Origin: Glaucostegus cemiculus
Lineage: Eukaryota
Length of the DNA: 64,000 bases
Direction: 5' to 3'
NCBI GenBank assembly: GCA_976551045.1
Contig: CDPCPM010000239.1
Span: forward strand, 5,456,001 to 5,520,000
Below, piece by piece: positions 60,601-64,000 of this stretch (within the stretch, counting starts at the first letter, position 1; every line of letters starts with the position of its first letter). The notes beneath the pieces were generated by a model that did not search any database, was not told the DNA's origin, and worked only from the letters and a program-made list of their open reading frames with translations. The translations under genes were made by a program, and so were the position numbers.

Positions 60601-62699
60601 AGGCATAAGACATTACTGAATGGTACTTACACAGGTTCTTTTGTGTGCTGTGAAAATGTAGAGAGCATTAAGGAAAACAGTATGTCATCTGGGAGAGAGG
60701 CCAGGGCCAGGGTGTTTTGGGGGAAGGGGTCTGGTGATCAAGGATTGGGTCACTGAATCTGACCCAGGCGCTTCACAAAGTTGTGCAATGGGGCCTGAAC
60801 AAAGAGTTTGCAATCCGGAGGTCATGCAGCAAAGATTAGGAGACGAGGGGTGTTGTAGCTTGAAGTCTGGGCAGTGACAAGAGTCTAGGTAGGGGTTGAG
60901 AGATCAAAGGGAAGTTGAGATTGCTGGAGGTGGAACATCACTAAGCTGGTCGGGGTGGTTGATGGCCAATGCTTGTGAAGTGGGTTGGGGGGGGGGTGGG
61001 CAAGGATATGAGGGAATGCAGGTAACTAAATTAATTTGGAGGAAGCACACCTGAGTTGACTTCCCATCGCCAGGTTGTGTCCTGCTTGGGGAAGCACCTT
61101 TAAATCATGCAGCTGCAAATCATCAGTGCCAGTCAAAGCCTAAAAGTGTCCAGTGATGGATGCATTTCAGAAGTACGTGAGGGAATGCCCCTGGGATCAC
61201 ACTGCATTAGGAGTCATTGGATGCACATCTGATGCGAGAAACGCATGACCGCCACAAACACAATCCACCAAGGGAAGTGCCTGGAAGACTTTTCAGAGTG
61301 ACAGAATATGACCCAAAACTGAGGAGAGTCACATTCAGCTTCAGAGGAAAACAATCGATATTCATGGGTGCTGTGCTGGGAAAATCAGCATTTACAAATC
61401 TTTGGCTGCCCTCAACATGCTGATCAAAGACTTTAACCTTGAATTTTGAGAAGATTAAAAATTTGCTAAGATTAAATAGATAAGCTTACAGAGGGCCTTT
61501 GTCAATTAATCTTCCAAATGATGCCTTTAAAATTGATGACAATCATTTCAATGGCATTTAACAGGCAAAAGTGAACAGGAGTTAATGATGGTTTGAGATG
61601 CAATCTGTCTTCCCAATCCATTACTGCAATGATAAGAATAACCTCATCAGTAATAATATAGTCAGCTTCCTCAAATTCACTAATCATTCTTTTCCACAAG
61701 AGATTGGAACAATTAATGAAGCTATTCCTCTTCCTTGAGATAGTCATTCTTGAAATATAATGCACATCTGCATTAATCTGCAGGGGCCCATTTTACTCAA
61801 AGATTCACTGTAGATTGAAAATTTGCGGTATTTTTGGAAGTGAATTTTGATCACAGTCCAACCTTTTCAAAAGAATTCCCCAAACACAATGCTATATTGC
61901 CATGCTGAACCTGAAAAGGTTTGCCAGTATTTGATTAATTTTGAAGCGGGCTCTATCCAACTTGATCGAGTGAACCTCACGTAATGTTAATGGTCAGAAA
62001 AACTACCCTTTCATCACTCTGCACTTTTAACTAACATCAACTGGAATTCATTTTGCTCTGCCACACATTTCAGAATATTATGTCTGACTTAAAGACAATC
62101 AGGATTTGCAGCTGCAGTCGACAGTCTACTTAGTCCACCCACAATGAGAGTTACAACCACAGCAGCTTCACAGGTGTAGTACTCTGTTGGAAATCAATAA
62201 TTAAAAATAACTGCAATTATACGTTCTTAATTGACAAACCCCCAGTGCTTCCTCTGCAAAAAAAAACAGCAATTAAGGAATGTTGGCCTTTAAGGAGCCC
62301 ATGTGAAACATACATTAACACATATCAGTGCCAGCCTAATGGTCTTTGAAGGTCAAATGTCAAACTAAAAGAACCATTCAAATATAAAAACCACCACATT
62401 TAGTCCTTACCCACCGAAAACAGCAACAAACAAATAGAACTGGATTGCATTAGGGTGGAAGACACTCTCTGAGTGATTGCACAAGGCTTTGCACAATATG
62501 AACAGAGAGAAGGCCATTCTACAGCAGTCGACTTTGAATGGATTGCAGCTTACAGAATATAATGTGACCTCTTAATTAATGTGACTTCATCTGCCATGTC
62601 CTTACATTTTCATCTAAACAAAAGCATTTTTTTAAAAATTAAAATGTAATATGGAAAAGATATCCAGTTTAGAAGTCAAACTAGAAGTACTGAGTATTT

Positions 62700-63320
62700 T
62701 TTAAAAGCTGGGACCTTGGGTGTCCTTATACACAGGTCACTGAGAGCAAACATGCAGGTGAAGCAAGAAAGGAGGTAAATATCTTTATTGCAAGGGAATT
62801 GAATACAAAAGTACAGATGTCTTATGACAATTATATGGAGTCTTGGTGAGGCCACACCTGGAGAATTGTACGTAATTCTGTTCTTCTTACTCAAAATAGA
62901 ATGTCTTTACCCTGGATAGACCAGACTGGTGCCTGTCTGTCCTAAAAGGAGTAACCAAGTAAGCTTGTTCTCTGGAATTTTGAAGAATCAGAGATGACTC
63001 ACTTTGAGGGCTATACAAGGTAGATGCAGGAAGGCTATTTCCCCTGGCTAAGGAGTTGATTCCAAAATAAAGGTTAGGCCATTTCAAACTCAAATGAAGA
63101 GTGATTTCTTCATTCAGCTGAAATTTTGGAATTTTCTCCCAGAGAACACTGTAGGGGTTCAGTCATTGATTGCATTCCAAACAGAGATTGAACAATGTGG
63201 ATAGTAAAGAGATCAAGATATGAGGATTATGCTCTTTGAGATTGAGTTATTAAGATCTTGCTGAATGGTGAAGCAAGCTTGAGGGGCCAAATGATTTCCT
63301 GCTGCTCTTATTTCTTCTTA
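62700..63320 (+). mobile_element. Decayed CR1/HER1 LINE 3' region
   Basis: 'cttggtgaggccacacctggag' (LVRPHLE), 'ctctggaattttgaagaatcagagatgac' (SLEFRRxRGD), 'gatttcttcattcag', and the tail 'gaatggtgaagcaagcttgaggggccaaatg'. Confidence 0.8.
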
Positions 63321-63789
63321 AATCCGTACATCTCTAATGACAAGGTTTTGTACAACATCCAGTCTCAGAGTCAGATATTGGAAGATAGCTGATGATTCAA
63401 ATTAACAATAAACACACTTAGAATGGGGGATAGCATTCTTGCTGTGCCTCACTTCCATACAGGAAGATGTCTTCTTTACCATTATCTTGGTTGGACAATG
63501 AAAGATTTGTAGCAAACTACAAAGAGTAGCTGGTCACAACCTGCAATTCAGATCTCGTATTCGCTTGACATTATACAACTCACACCAGCTGTCCTCATCA
63601 GATGACCCTGAAGCTGATCACATTGTGAACCTCTTTGTAAAGCTTTCCTTTGCATCAACCTGCATCCAATTCAGATGTCATAAACAATGATACTTCAATC
63701 CACGAAGCATTTTAAGAAACCATTTTTTTCTTGCAAGTTTCAAGGATCCTCGACTTATAAGATTTACTGAGAAATTAATAAATACGTTT

Positions 63790-63930
63790 CACCATCACTG
63801 GAAGGTTGAAATGGTCCCTGTGTTATGAGATAATGACATCATCTCCAAGTTTCCCTCCAAGTCACACTCATCCTAACTTGACTTACATCCATTTGTTCCT
63901 CCAGTGCTGTTGTGATAAGATCCTGTCAGC
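63790..63930 (+). mobile_element. LINE 3' fragment, family of 43740-44120
   Basis: 'ccaagtttccctccaagtcacactcatcctaacttg' resembles 'ttccaagacacacaccatgctgatgtgg' at about 43950. Confidence 0.5.
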
Positions 63931-64000
63931 GACATCACTTCCCATGTATGAATTTTAAAAAAGCTGCCTATCATTGTCTTCCTCAAACATGAAAGCATCT

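Noticed and set aside
1-64000. V(D)J recombination signal sequences (CACAGTG heptamers at about 16216, 31337, 34802, 53200 and 58984)
   Set aside because: None of those inspected has an ACAAAAACC-like nonamer at 12- or 23-bp spacing, and no Ig/TCR segments are seen.

Overview
This is non-coding eukaryotic DNA, not a prokaryotic window. It is AT-rich, CpG-depleted and dense in decayed interspersed repeats. The repeat set, recognised from recalled consensus motifs rather than a search, comprises HER1/CR1-type LINE 3' ends, L2 and Rex1/Babar LINE fragments, V-domain and Deu-domain tRNA SINEs, short palindromic Penelope-like elements and Harbinger relics. That set points to a cartilaginous fish (shark, ray or skate). 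I could not support any intact cellular protein-coding exon, so the window reads as a large intron or gene desert. The ORFs with recognisable protein similarity are all transposon relics: L2 RT at 3178-3789, CR1 C-termini, Rex1 RT at 44121-44567, and a Harbinger Myb domain plus transposase at about 39.3-41.5 kb. Structures not explained by these repeats are: a ~220-bp-arm inverted repeat (8818-9829) with a 39-bp perfect core; a 138-bp colinear duplicated element (33323-33460 and 46067-46204) with an AG|GT recursive-splice-like junction; a dimeric 47-48-bp minisatellite; and several repeat-free candidate enhancers. A solo LTR carrying ZNF143/ETS promoter motifs is nested in a Rex1 tail. No novel multi-gene system is evident. 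Repeat boundaries are approximate unless stated.
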